In this document: positions 46,611 to 56,395 of the stretch, one piece after another | Layout: each line of letters starts with the position of its first letter | Position numbering within the stretch: position 1 is the first letter of the stretch | DNA from: an uncultured Eubacteriales bacterium | GTDB taxonomy: Bacteria > Bacillota > Clostridia > Oscillospirales > UBA644 | Assembly: GCA_900547165.1 (NCBI GenBank) | Contig: URFZ01000001.1 | Coordinates: 11,631-75,630 of the forward strand | DNA length: 64,000 bases | Direction of reading: 5' to 3' | The notes under the pieces: generated by a model | Seen by the model: the letters and a program-made list of their open reading frames with translations, nothing else | What the model was told of the DNA's origin: nothing | Databases searched by the model: none | Position numbers and translations under genes: made by a program

Positions 46611-47639
46611 TCAGAAGCATTTACCGAGGCGGTGCGTTCTGCAATTATCGGTCTTTCCGCAATGATAGCAAAGTTCGTTTTCGCCGCAGCCGTTCCTCTC
46701 AAAGTCGCGCAGATTGCGAACCGTGGTTTCAGCGATATTGTTCAGCGCTTCCGCCGTGAGAAACGCCTGATGCGAAGTAACGATAACGTTGGGCATTGTT
46801 ATAAGCCTTGCGAGAATATCGTCGGACACGATATGTCCCGAAAAATCCTCGAAAAACACGTCGGCTTCTTCTTCGTAAACGTCAAGGCAGGCGGCGCCCA
46901 CTTTGCGGCCCTTGATTCCTTCGAGCAACGCTTCCGCATCGATGAGCGCGCCGCGTGAAGTATTCAGAATATAAACGCCCTTTTTCATTTTTGCTATCGC
47001 GTCGCCGTCGATGAGATGATAGGTCTCTTTCGTCAACGGGCAATGCAGCGAAATAATATCGCTTTCGGCAAACAGCGTATCAAGAGAGACATATTCTATG
47101 CCGCAATTTTCGGCGGGAAATTTATCGTATGCTATAACTTTCATGCCGAAGCCTTTGCATATATCGATGAATATTCTGCCTATCTTGCCCGTTCCGACAA
47201 CCCCAACTGTCTTGCCGTGCAGGTCAAAACCCGTCAGACCGTTCAGGCTGAAATTAAATTCGCGGGTTCGGTTATATGCTTTGTGAATACGGCGCACTGA
47301 CGTCAAAAGCAGTGCCATGGCGTGTTCCGCAACGGCATACGGCGAATATGCGGGGACGTGAAAAACGTGTATTTTGCCGTAAGCGTGGCGCACGTCAACA
47401 TTATTGTAACCGGCACAGCGCAAAGCAATTACTTTTATGCCGTTGCGATATAAAATGTCGATAACATCCGCACTCACATCGTCGTTGACAAACACGCAAA
47501 CACAGTCAAAGCCTTTTGCGAGTTCGGCGGTATCGGCACCGAGTTTTGTTTCAAAGAATTTGAACTCAATTCCGTCATGTTCAACTTTTTCAAACGATTC
47601 GGAATCGTAGTTTTTTGCATCGAAAAATGCTATTTTCAC
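46611..47639 (-). CDS. ldhA: D-isomer-specific 2-hydroxyacid (D-lactate) dehydrogenase with a Cys-rich C-terminal tail
   Basis: GTG start. NAD motif VGVVGTGKIGRIF and catalytic block NTSRGALID...VIVTSHQAF. The tail is ...NGCGENELCYHCGKTDNCRTHRLGKCF. Confidence 0.8.
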   Translation of the reverse strand: MKIAFFDAKNYDSESFEKVEHDGIEFKFFETKLGADTAELAKGFDCVCVFVNDDVSADVIDILYRNGIKVIALRCAGYNNVDVRHAYGKIHVFHVPAYSPYAVAEHAMALLLTSVRRIHKAYNRTREFNFSLNGLTGFDLHGKTVGVVGTGKIGRIFIDICKGFGMKVIAYDKFPAENCGIEYVSLDTLFAESDIISLHCPLTKETYHLIDGDAIAKMKKGVYILNTSRGALIDAEALLEGIKGRKVGAACLDVYEEEADVFFEDFSGHIVSDDILARLITMPNVIVTSHQAFLTAEALNNIAETTVRNLRDFERNGCGENELCYHCGKTDNCRTHRLGKCF

Positions 47640-47666
47640 AGGCTGTTTCCCCTTTCTTCCCTTTTA

Positions 47667-48212
47667 TCATTTCCCGTTTTTGAAAACATATTTGCGAAGT
47701 TTTACAAAATAGAGTATACGCAGACGGGCAAGACAGAAATCGAGAAGAATGAACGCAACGTTGCCGAGCACGAGAGTTGCGATAAGAAGAAGTGTGCCTG
47801 TCGTTCTGAACTCTTCAACAAGCGCCGTCATATTGAAGACGAATATCAGAAGCGCATAAAGAACGACTGCGGAAACGTTGAACAAAAGCAGTTTTAAGAT
47901 TATCCGCAAAACTTTCGGGCGTATTCGGTCAAAGAATTTTTTGACGATGGGATAATAACCGAGAAACACGAATACCGCGGCAGTTTCCTTATCCGCGACG
48001 AGAAGCACAGAGAGAACGGCGACGGCGGCATAAGCGGTCAAGCCGTATTTTGTTCCGCATTCGCAGTCTATCGGAACGAGCAGCATCGCGGCAAGAGCGG
48101 GACAGCAGTAAACGGCGATGGGAATGACACCGCCGAACAGCATAACGACCACGCCGAGAGCGCATAAAACGCCGCTAAGAGCCAACTTTTTAACTTTTTC
48201 GCCTGTTTTCAC
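47667..48212 (-). CDS. Polytopic membrane protein, function unknown
   Basis: 181 aa with about 5 TM helices (LALSGVLCALGVVVMLFGGVIPIAVYCCPALAAMLLV...). There is a 4-nt overlap with the rsmG stop. Confidence 0.55.
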   Translation of the reverse strand: MKTGEKVKKLALSGVLCALGVVVMLFGGVIPIAVYCCPALAAMLLVPIDCECGTKYGLTAYAAVAVLSVLLVADKETAAVFVFLGYYPIVKKFFDRIRPKVLRIILKLLLFNVSAVVLYALLIFVFNMTALVEEFRTTGTLLLIATLVLGNVAFILLDFCLARLRILYFVKLRKYVFKNGK

Positions 48213-48919
48213 TTTAACGGCTCCTTTTTGATTTTGTTATATTTTCTCGGATATTTTTCGGGGGTAACAGACGTTTTTTCAATTCGGAATATGTACCGTT
48301 CGCTCCCGTCCGAAAGTCGGAAATTGTCAGATGCGGACGGCGTACCTCCGAGAATGCGGACTGCATTTTCCGCTTCGCGCAGTTCCGCGAGTCCGTCGCT
48401 GCCTTTCATGGCAACAAAAGCGCCCCCGACTTTGACAAGCGGAAGACACAGTTCGGAAAGACCGTCGAGCCTTGCGACCGCCCGAGAAACGCAGACATCG
48501 AACTTTTCGCGCAGTTCTTCGTCATGTCCGAGTTCCTCCGCACGGGCAGCGGCTACGGTGACGGAAAGCCCGAGATCACGGGAAACGCCGTCCACGAAAA
48601 CAAGTTTTTTCGCAACGGAATCGACCGCGAAAATCTTTATATCGGGGCGAACTATGGCAAGAGGCAACGTCGGAAATCCCCCGCCGCAGCCGATGTCAAC
48701 GACATCGGCATTTTGCGGGATATACTCCGCGACGCGGACACAGTCGGCGAAATGTTTGACTATAACTTCGTCTCTGTCCGTTATCGCGGTTATGTTTACA
48801 CGGCTGTTTGCCTCGATAAGTTTGCCGTAAAGAAATTCGAATTTTTCGGAGCATTCCAGAAAATCTTCAAGTCCGTTGTCCCTGAAAATTCTCCCGAATG
48901 CGGCGGAGAAACCGCTCAT
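48209..48919 (-). CDS. rsmG: 16S rRNA (guanine527-N7)-methyltransferase
   Basis: SAM motif VVDIGCGGGFPTLPLAIV and GAFVAMKG. ATG 48919 lies 9 nt after GGAGG and overlaps the pgmB stop. Confidence 0.9.
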   Translation of the reverse strand: MSGFSAAFGRIFRDNGLEDFLECSEKFEFLYGKLIEANSRVNITAITDRDEVIVKHFADCVRVAEYIPQNADVVDIGCGGGFPTLPLAIVRPDIKIFAVDSVAKKLVFVDGVSRDLGLSVTVAAARAEELGHDEELREKFDVCVSRAVARLDGLSELCLPLVKVGGAFVAMKGSDGLAELREAENAVRILGGTPSASDNFRLSDGSERYIFRIEKTSVTPEKYPRKYNKIKKEPLK

Positions 48920-49593
48920 TGAGAGTTCCTCCACGCCGTATACGCTTCACAGATTTTTTCAAAATCGAGTTCGGCTGTCGAACCGAGTTCGAGCCGAGGG
49001 CGAACGCTTGTGACTTCGACGCCTATTCCCACCGAGAACATTCCTGCAGCGGTTATCGCCTCGATACCGCTTTGAGCGTCCTCCACGCCGACGCAGTCAT
49101 TGCCCTCAAATCCGAGTTCGGAAGCGCAAAGGGCAAAAATTTCGGGGTCAGGCTTCGGTTTCGTGACTTTTGCGGCGTCCGCAATATAGTCAAACCTGTT
49201 CTTGATATTCAGCACGGAAAGCACGGTATCTGCGTTTTTGGAAACGGACGCTACGCCCGTTTTTATTCCTTTTTCGCGGAGAACGGCGAGAAAATTCTCT
49301 ATTCCGGGAAGGATATCCGCTTTCGTCATTTTAAGAATAAGCGTTTTGTAATACTCATTCTTTTCGTTTGCGAGGGCGGCTTTTTCGGAATCGGAAAATT
49401 TGTCCGAAACGCCGTTGTGAGCAAGGATTATTTCAAGCGAGGTCAATCTGTCAACGCCTTTGAGTTTTTCGTTGACGGTCTCGGTAAAGTCGAGCCCCAA
49501 TCTGTCCGCAAGCTGCTTCCACGCAAGAAAATGGTATTTGTCGGTGCTCGTCAGAACGCCGTCGAGGTCAAAAATAAATGCTTTAGGTTGCAT
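48916..49593 (-). CDS. pgmB: Beta-phosphoglucomutase
   Basis: HAD motif I FIFDLDGVLTST, KGVDRLTSLE, and GVEDAQSGIEA. Confidence 0.9.
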   Translation of the reverse strand: MQPKAFIFDLDGVLTSTDKYHFLAWKQLADRLGLDFTETVNEKLKGVDRLTSLEIILAHNGVSDKFSDSEKAALANEKNEYYKTLILKMTKADILPGIENFLAVLREKGIKTGVASVSKNADTVLSVLNIKNRFDYIADAAKVTKPKPDPEIFALCASELGFEGNDCVGVEDAQSGIEAITAAGMFSVGIGVEVTSVRPRLELGSTAELDFEKICEAYTAWRNSQ

Positions 49594-49605
49594 TGCAAAA
49601 TCTCC

Positions 49606-51855
49606 TTATCGGTATTCGACGGTCAATACGTCTTTCACCGAATAGTCTTTACCGCCGCAGAGGAAAGATACATCGCCGTCTCCGCCGAGTTTTTTCACGG
49701 TAACGGTCTTTTTGTCGGCGCATATTTCAAGATGACAGCCGTGCCAATATATCTTTGTTCTGACTTTCTTCCACGTTTTGGGCAAATTGGGCTGAATACG
49801 GAGTTTTTGACCGTAAAGGCGAACGCCGAGATAGCCGAAAACAACGCATTGCCATATTCCGCCGAGCGAAGCCGCATGAAGTCCCGCAACACTCGAACCC
49901 ATCTCTTTATCGCCAAGGTCTATGCGGCACGCTTTTTCAAAGAGCGAATACGAATAATCGGAAAGATTGATGTCTGCGGCAAGCGTCGCGTAGGTCGAAA
50001 GGCTCAGCGACGACGTGTGCGCACAGCATTTTTCGTAATATTCGAGGTTGTGTACTTTTTCTTCGGGAGTAAACAGGTCTTCAAGCAACAGGAAAAGCGC
50101 CGTCACGTCTGCCTGTTTGGTTATCTGAGTGTTGCATACGGCAACATTGGGGAACGGCTCTGTACCGTTCTTGAAGCCCGTCAGATCGACATCTTCAAGC
50201 GAAAGAAACTTGTCGTCCTGCGGCAGAAGCCCGTCCTTGTTTATCTTGGGCAGATAAAGTTTTTTGCCTTTCGTTGTCCACTCGGCATAAACCTTGTCAA
50301 GTCCGAGTTTTTCGGAAAGCGCCGCGAAAAGTTCGGGCGACGATTTTTTCAGTTTTTCATAATACTCGACCGCAAGTTCGAGGTTGAGGTTCGCCAGATA
50401 GTTCGTATATGCGTTGTTATTGACGCCCTCGTGATACTCGTCGGGACCGATGACATTGTTTATATCGTATCTGTCGAGTTCTTTGTTGTAATCGAAGCGG
50501 GAGACCCAATACTTTGCGGTGTCGAACAGAAGTTCATAGCCGTATTTTTCCATGAAGTCTTCATCGCCCGTTACGGAATAATACAGATGAACCGCATATG
50601 CGATGTCCGCCGTTATATGGTGTTCGAGTTTGCCAGAAAGCGCCCAGCCCGGAGTTTCTTCATCGTTGTCTATCCACGCCGCTTCCCACGGGAACATTGC
50701 GCCCTCGTAGCCGTTGTCCTTTGCCTTTTTGTGCGCGCCCGCAAGTCCGTGCCAGCGGGAGATCAGCAGGCTTCTTGCAACGTCGGGTCTTGCGAACACA
50801 AATGCGGGAAGCATATATATCTCGGTGTCCCAAAATGCGTGTCCGCTGTAACCGGGTCCCGAAAGTCCTTTTGCTCCGATGTTCATTCTGTCATCGTGCG
50901 CGGGTGTCATAACCGTCAGATGATAAACCGCAAATCTGTAAGCAAGTTGGTCAAAGCCGTGCTTGCAGTCGATAACTGCGTCCATATTGCTCCAAACTCT
51001 CTTCTTCCAAGCGGAAGCGGACGCTTTCAGAAGCGCATCAAAGCCCTTTTCTGCGGCTTTCTGCGCGGCTTTTCTGCCCACGGTCTTCAACTTGCGAAGC
51101 GTCAGTCCCCCGGAAGTCTTATCGCGCATAGTATAAACGGAAGCGAACTTTTGAAGCGTCAAAGACTGTCCCGCACGCAGATCCTTTTCAAAAATATCCT
51201 CGGCGTGCGTTCTGCCTTTTTTCGTTGTTTTTTCGGCGTCGCAGACATTGACTACCGTCGCAACAATGTCAATTCCGCTCTGACGGGTAGTCTGAACTAC
51301 CTGAATATAGTCTTTTGCAAGCAGAGATTTTTTCTCGCAATGGGGCGCTGCGACCGTCTTGGTATTCAGTCCGCTTGCAACGGCGATATGTGCGTCGGAA
51401 ACAGCGGTCACGCGAAGTTTTGCAGAATAAATATGCAGTTGTGCAAGAGAGATCATACGCTCCGACTCAAAACGGATCTGTTTGCCGTTCGGGGCTGTCC
51501 AATCAAAAGAACGGGTAAGCAGTCCGTTTTTAAGATTTATAGAAACAAAATAGTTCGAAAGAACGCCCTTGCGCAAATCGAGTTTTTTGCCGTCAACATA
51601 AATATCAACGGGTGAAACGTCTGCGATAAACGGAAGTTCCGTCGGTTCTTCATTGTAACGGTCGAATGTACCCGCAACAAGCGTTGAACGAAGTTGTCCG
51701 GGATATTCTTCTTCCGTCGCGGCGCGCATACACATATACCCGTTGCCTATGCACATGACCGGCTCGTACTTCTGCAAAAAGCCCTTGTCCTGCCCAAATT
51801 CGTCGGCGGCGACAATGAAGTTTTTTTCTGTTCCTTTTCCGTAGTCGTAGATCAT
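49606..51855 (-). CDS. GH65 family disaccharide phosphorylase (maltose/kojibiose/trehalose phosphorylase type)
   Basis: ATG 51855 lies 9 nt after GGAG; the track start at 51870 is a TTG inside the SD. GH65 catalytic region ...NNVIGPDEYHEGVNNNAYTN..., and the gene is followed by pgmB. Confidence 0.9.
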   Translation of the reverse strand: MIYDYGKGTEKNFIVAADEFGQDKGFLQKYEPVMCIGNGYMCMRAATEEEYPGQLRSTLVAGTFDRYNEEPTELPFIADVSPVDIYVDGKKLDLRKGVLSNYFVSINLKNGLLTRSFDWTAPNGKQIRFESERMISLAQLHIYSAKLRVTAVSDAHIAVASGLNTKTVAAPHCEKKSLLAKDYIQVVQTTRQSGIDIVATVVNVCDAEKTTKKGRTHAEDIFEKDLRAGQSLTLQKFASVYTMRDKTSGGLTLRKLKTVGRKAAQKAAEKGFDALLKASASAWKKRVWSNMDAVIDCKHGFDQLAYRFAVYHLTVMTPAHDDRMNIGAKGLSGPGYSGHAFWDTEIYMLPAFVFARPDVARSLLISRWHGLAGAHKKAKDNGYEGAMFPWEAAWIDNDEETPGWALSGKLEHHITADIAYAVHLYYSVTGDEDFMEKYGYELLFDTAKYWVSRFDYNKELDRYDINNVIGPDEYHEGVNNNAYTNYLANLNLELAVEYYEKLKKSSPELFAALSEKLGLDKVYAEWTTKGKKLYLPKINKDGLLPQDDKFLSLEDVDLTGFKNGTEPFPNVAVCNTQITKQADVTALFLLLEDLFTPEEKVHNLEYYEKCCAHTSSLSLSTYATLAADINLSDYSYSLFEKACRIDLGDKEMGSSVAGLHAASLGGIWQCVVFGYLGVRLYGQKLRIQPNLPKTWKKVRTKIYWHGCHLEICADKKTVTVKKLGGDGDVSFLCGGKDYSVKDVLTVEYR

Positions 51856-52106
51856 TTTTCGATTCTCCAATATATTTTATAATATTGTATTTACTATATA
51901 TAATTAAACAATAACATACCGAGCGGAAAAAGTCAATCAATGCCGCAAAAGTTCGGTTCGATTTTGCTTTTTAAGAAAACGGGGCGTACAGACAAAAGAG
52001 AAAAAACAACCGAAAAAAGTATATATCCGAAGATAATTCTTTTGGTATACTCATCCCGAGGAATAATAAAACCACGGGCGATATAAAATAGTTACGGGTG
52101 ATCATA

Positions 52107-52577
52107 ATGAAAATAAATTGGAAAAAACTCATAATTTCTCTTGCCGTGCCGCTTGCCGTCGGCGGGCTTTCGGCATGGCTGTCGGGCGGGGCGATGGAAA
52201 GATTCGACAGCCTTCAAAAGCCCGCACTTGCTCCGCCGTCATGGCTGTTTCCCGTTGTATGGACGATTCTGTTTCTGATGATGGGCGTCGCGTCCTACCT
52301 TGTCGCGGTGGGAAAAGCCGATGAAAAGCAAAAAAAGACCGCACTTATCGTTTACGGCGTTCAACTCGCTTTCAATTTTGCGTGGACGCTCATATTCTTT
52401 AATGCGGGCGCGTATCTTTTCGCTTTTATATGGCTTATCGTTCTGTGGCTGTTGATAATCGTAACGATATATCTTTTCTCGAATATTTCTTTTGTTTCGG
52501 CGCTGCTTCTTGTTCCTTATGCTTTATGGGTCGCATTTGCGGGGTACCTGAACTTTATGATATACAGACTTAACTGA
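52107..52577 (+). CDS. tspO: TspO/MBR family tryptophan-rich sensory protein
   Basis: Five TM helices, LQKPALAPPSWLFPVVWTILFLMMGVASYLV, and YALWVAFAGYLNF. Confidence 0.85.
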   Translation: MKINWKKLIISLAVPLAVGGLSAWLSGGAMERFDSLQKPALAPPSWLFPVVWTILFLMMGVASYLVAVGKADEKQKKTALIVYGVQLAFNFAWTLIFFNAGAYLFAFIWLIVLWLLIIVTIYLFSNISFVSALLLVPYALWVAFAGYLNFMIYRLN

Positions 52578-52618
52578 AAAATATCTCCGTGGGCTGAGCC
52601 TCACGGAGATATTTTTCG
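52578..52618. terminator. Bidirectional intrinsic terminator
   Basis: AAAAATATCTCCGTG-N10-CACGGAGATATTTTT lies between tspO and the convergent ABC genes. Confidence 0.8.
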
Positions 52619-52704
52619 GGTTATTTACAACCCATATATGAGCAAGAGAATAAGCATAAAAACCATGATTTGGGGACACAAGAAACTATGTTCTTCTTAT
52701 CCTC

Positions 52705-54573
52705 CTATGCAGTATAATACTGAGCCTGCGCGTTCCACAGAGCATGATAAACGCCGTTTTCGTCTGAGACGAGAGAATCATGGTCTCCGCGCTGAACAAG
52801 CCTGCCGCCGTCGAACACCGCAATATCGTCGCAGAAACGGCAGGACGAAAGGCGGTGACTGATATATACGGCGGTCTTGTCGCCCACAATGGAATTGAAG
52901 TTTGAATATATTTCCGACTCCGCAACGGGGTCAAGCGCCGCGGTCGGCTCATCAAGAATGATAAACGGGGCGTTTTTGTAAAGCGCACGGGCAAGCGCGA
53001 CTTTCTGCGCTTCGCCGCCCGAAAGATCGACACCGTCGCGTTCAAACTCTTTGTAAATATATGTTTCTTCGCCTTTTTCAAGAGTTTTCAGCCTGTCCGC
53101 AAAGCCCGCTTTTTCAAGACATTCATCGGCAAGAGAAGCGTTATAATCACTCCTGCCCGCAATATTGTCTCCGAGTTTGAAAGCAAAGAGTTTGAAGTCC
53201 TGGAACACAACGGAGAAAATGCCGAGATATTCCGAATAATCGTAATCTCTTATATCTTTGCCGTTCAGCAATATCGTGCCCTCTGTCGGGTCGTAAAGGC
53301 GGCAAAGCAATTTTATAAATGTTGTTTTCCCGCTTCCGTTCCGTCCGACAACCGCAAGTTTTTCGCCCGCGCGGAATTTAATATTGACGTCTTTAAGCGC
53401 ATATTCGCCGCTTGCGGGGTATTTGAAAGACACGTTCCGAAACTCAATGACATATTCATTGTCTTTCTTTTTTTCGATATGTTCGGTTCCGCTCGCCATA
53501 TCGTTGGGTATCTCAAAAAACGTCATGCTCTTTTTCAGTGCGGGAGCATTGTTTTTAATATCGCCGAGCCCCTTGACAAGTTTTGAGAGCCCGCCCGACA
53601 TCTTTGTCAGCGCCGCAACATACTGCGCAACGCTGCCGACGCCGAACGCGCCGCCGAGAGCTTTAAGACAAACATAGAGATATGCAATACCGATAAACAC
53701 GGCGGAAACGGCGGATGATGAAGCAACGAGCGCGCCGACTTTTCCCTTACTTAACTTTGCAAAAAAGCCCTGCGAGCCGAATGCCATGGTTTTGTCGCCT
53801 ATATGCAGCGAACTTATCTTATCCTGACGGTAAATTCGCATATCGGAAGCGATATTTTTTTCATCGCCGCAAAAACCGTAATAACCGAACAGCCTGTTAA
53901 CAAGATTGTGCGTATCGGAGTTTTGCGAGTAATACGAAATTGCTTTTGTCATAAGTGCGGGCGCGGTAAGCGTTGCGGCAAGCATTACTCCGATAAGAGC
54001 GATAATACAAACGGGATTGTTCAACACCGAAAGAGCATTGCCGCTCGGTACTTTTTGTGCAAACAAAGAAACCGTCAGCACTACGCCGCCGAACAGCGTT
54101 GCGACAGCCGACGCAAGACTTTCGGTCTGCCATACAACGCTCGGCAGTCCCCACCCATTGCCGTTTATAAGCTGCATTATTTCCGAATACAGTTCATGCG
54201 TTTTCGGGTCGTCCACGGACACAAAATCCATATTGAGGAATTTTTCCGTATATAACTTGCTTATTTTTGTGTAATCGCAGGTGTTCGAATTGTCTTTCCA
54301 CATTTTCAGAAGAGCAGTCCCGAGCGCCGTCAAAGCAGCGGCAATAAGCGCGGCAACGGCAAGCACGGTCAGCCTTTTCAGGTCACGGGAAGAGGCTATT
54401 TCTCCGATAAGCAGAGCGGAAATATAGATTCCGACATACGGCGTCAGAGCCTCCCATGCAACAAAAACTATGCGCGAAAGGTACATTTGCGGATATTCCC
54501 GAAACAACAGCCGAAACGTTTTTGCGCTCAACCTGAAAGATTCGGAGAAAGAAATCTTATTCGGGTTTTTCAT
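52705..54573 (-). CDS. ABC exporter, fused permease/ATPase (second half-transporter)
   Basis: Six-TM domain, then Walker A GRNGSGKTT, LSGGEAQKVALARAL, IILDEPTAALD and YISHRL. ATG 54573 (MKNPNKISF) overlaps the upstream gene by 17 nt. Confidence 0.9.
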   Translation of the reverse strand: MKNPNKISFSESFRLSAKTFRLLFREYPQMYLSRIVFVAWEALTPYVGIYISALLIGEIASSRDLKRLTVLAVAALIAAALTALGTALLKMWKDNSNTCDYTKISKLYTEKFLNMDFVSVDDPKTHELYSEIMQLINGNGWGLPSVVWQTESLASAVATLFGGVVLTVSLFAQKVPSGNALSVLNNPVCIIALIGVMLAATLTAPALMTKAISYYSQNSDTHNLVNRLFGYYGFCGDEKNIASDMRIYRQDKISSLHIGDKTMAFGSQGFFAKLSKGKVGALVASSSAVSAVFIGIAYLYVCLKALGGAFGVGSVAQYVAALTKMSGGLSKLVKGLGDIKNNAPALKKSMTFFEIPNDMASGTEHIEKKKDNEYVIEFRNVSFKYPASGEYALKDVNIKFRAGEKLAVVGRNGSGKTTFIKLLCRLYDPTEGTILLNGKDIRDYDYSEYLGIFSVVFQDFKLFAFKLGDNIAGRSDYNASLADECLEKAGFADRLKTLEKGEETYIYKEFERDGVDLSGGEAQKVALARALYKNAPFIILDEPTAALDPVAESEIYSNFNSIVGDKTAVYISHRLSSCRFCDDIAVFDGGRLVQRGDHDSLVSDENGVYHALWNAQAQYYTA

Positions 54574-56395
54574 TGCATTCGTCCCCTTTCCGATAATATT
54601 TGCTCTGAACCTCGAACAATTCGGCATACCGCCCGCCTTTTGCGAGCAATTCCGCGTGCGTTCCCTGCTCCGCGATACCTTTGTTTTCGACAAGAATTAT
54701 TCGGTCGCAAAAGCGCGTTGACGCAAGTCTGTGCGATATGTAAACGGAAGATCTTCCGAGCGTCATTTCGTTGTATTTTTCATAAAGTTCCCGCTCCGAT
54801 ATCGGGTCAAGCGCGGCGGTCGGTTCGTCAAGCAATATCACGGGCGAATCTTTGTAAAGTGCGCGCGCCAACATAAGACGCTGCATTTCGCCGCCCGAGA
54901 GATCTACCGCATCTTCGTAAATATCCCTGTTCAGAAGACTTTCGACCCCGTTCGGGAGAGATGAAATCTTTTGAGTCAGTCCAGCACGCTCTATGCAATC
55001 CGCAACTCGGGCATAATCAATATCCGTTTCCGTCTGCGCAACATTCGCCGCGATAGTGGCGGGCAATACCGAAAATTCCTGAAACACGGCGGAGAACAGC
55101 GTATAGTAATCGCGTCTGTTATATTCGCGAATATCTTTTCCGTTCAGCAGAACCCGTCCCTCGGTCGGGTCGTAAAAACCGCAGATAAGTTTTACGAGAG
55201 TGGTCTTTCCCGCGCCGTTTAAACCGACGACGGCAAGTTTTTCACCGGGATGAAGCGTTAAATTTATATTTTCGAGAACATTTTCCGAACAACCGTCATA
55301 GCGGAACGAAACATCTTCGAGTTTAATTTCATATTTTTCTTTTGCGTCGGGAACTATATGCTCACCCTCGTCGAGCGCAAACGGTTCGGGATACTCGATA
55401 AATTCTCTGACAGTCGAAATGTCGATACTCTGCTTGTGCAGTTCGGTCAAACCCGAAAGAATACCGCTGACCCAAGCCGTGAAGCCTCCGACGGCGGAAA
55501 AGTAAAGCAAAAATTCGGCTGCGCTCAACTTGCCGGCAACGGCAAGCCCGATAAGATAAGCATAAGCAAATCCGTTTCGCAAAAACGCAAGCACAAGGTC
55601 TGCAACGCTTCCCCAAAAGTATATTCCGTTTTCCTTTTTCCTGAAAGCGGTATATGAGTTCAATGCCTTTGTATAAAGGTCTTCAAGCCACGGGCGCAGT
55701 CCGAATATACGAATGTCTTTTGCCGCGGAACGGTCCGCGGAACGGCGGTTTATATATCCTATTTTCCGTTCGTATTCGGCAATTTCTTCTTTGTGGCGAT
55801 AACCGTAGCCGTTGAGTTTTTTACCGACAAAATAACTCACAAGCGTCGTTGCCGATATAACAAGAATAAGTTTGATGTCAAGCGTTGAAAGCAAGGCAAG
55901 ATAAATGATAAATCCCGCCGTGTTTTTGAGCAGGTCGGTAAGGGTTGTCCAAACAGCCTCCGTCGCACTTCTGTTTTGCTGTGTCGGTTCAAACGCCTTT
56001 GAACAGGCTTTTCTGAACTTTTCGTTCATGATGTTCGGATATGCGGTAAGCATACATTTTCCGTTTATTTGGGAAATTATAGCCATTCGTGTCTGAATGC
56101 GCCCGAACGTCGTATTTTCGTCAATATAAGCCGCCGCCGCGGAAAAAATGACGGTCAGAAGCGTAAATATTCCGACGGCAGACATAAGTTTTGCCACGGA
56201 GTCCCCGTTCTCGACGCAGGCAAGCACCGTTGGGGTAACAAAGAGTTCCGCAAGACTTTTCGCAACGGCAAAAACAGCAGATAAAAAGCAGAGGACAAGC
56301 ACTTTTTTCTCTTTTATCCGCCACGCCGTCGAAACCATATACGCGACATTTTGCCACATATTGTATTTGGGCTTGTTCTTCTTTACCGCGTCCAT
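54557..56395 (-). CDS. ABC exporter, fused permease/ATPase (first half-transporter)
   Basis: Six-TM domain, then Walker A GLNGAGKTT, LSGGEMQRLMLARAL, ILLDEPTAALD and YISHRL. The SD (GGAGGAAACGC-ATG) lies inside the upstream sORF. Confidence 0.9.
   Translation of the reverse strand: MDAVKKNKPKYNMWQNVAYMVSTAWRIKEKKVLVLCFLSAVFAVAKSLAELFVTPTVLACVENGDSVAKLMSAVGIFTLLTVIFSAAAAYIDENTTFGRIQTRMAIISQINGKCMLTAYPNIMNEKFRKACSKAFEPTQQNRSATEAVWTTLTDLLKNTAGFIIYLALLSTLDIKLILVISATTLVSYFVGKKLNGYGYRHKEEIAEYERKIGYINRRSADRSAAKDIRIFGLRPWLEDLYTKALNSYTAFRKKENGIYFWGSVADLVLAFLRNGFAYAYLIGLAVAGKLSAAEFLLYFSAVGGFTAWVSGILSGLTELHKQSIDISTVREFIEYPEPFALDEGEHIVPDAKEKYEIKLEDVSFRYDGCSENVLENINLTLHPGEKLAVVGLNGAGKTTLVKLICGFYDPTEGRVLLNGKDIREYNRRDYYTLFSAVFQEFSVLPATIAANVAQTETDIDYARVADCIERAGLTQKISSLPNGVESLLNRDIYEDAVDLSGGEMQRLMLARALYKDSPVILLDEPTAALDPISERELYEKYNEMTLGRSSVYISHRLASTRFCDRIILVENKGIAEQGTHAELLAKGGRYAELFEVQSKYYRKGDECNEKPE

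Noticed and set aside
48898-51615. 905-aa ORF on the plus strand, the longest after the GH2 gene.
   Set aside because: It is entirely antisense to pgmB and the GH65 phosphorylase, both of which have clear family motifs. The translation is Arg/Phe/Cys/Lys-rich low-information sequence with no SD and no motif. It is a shadow frame produced by the codon bias of the real genes.
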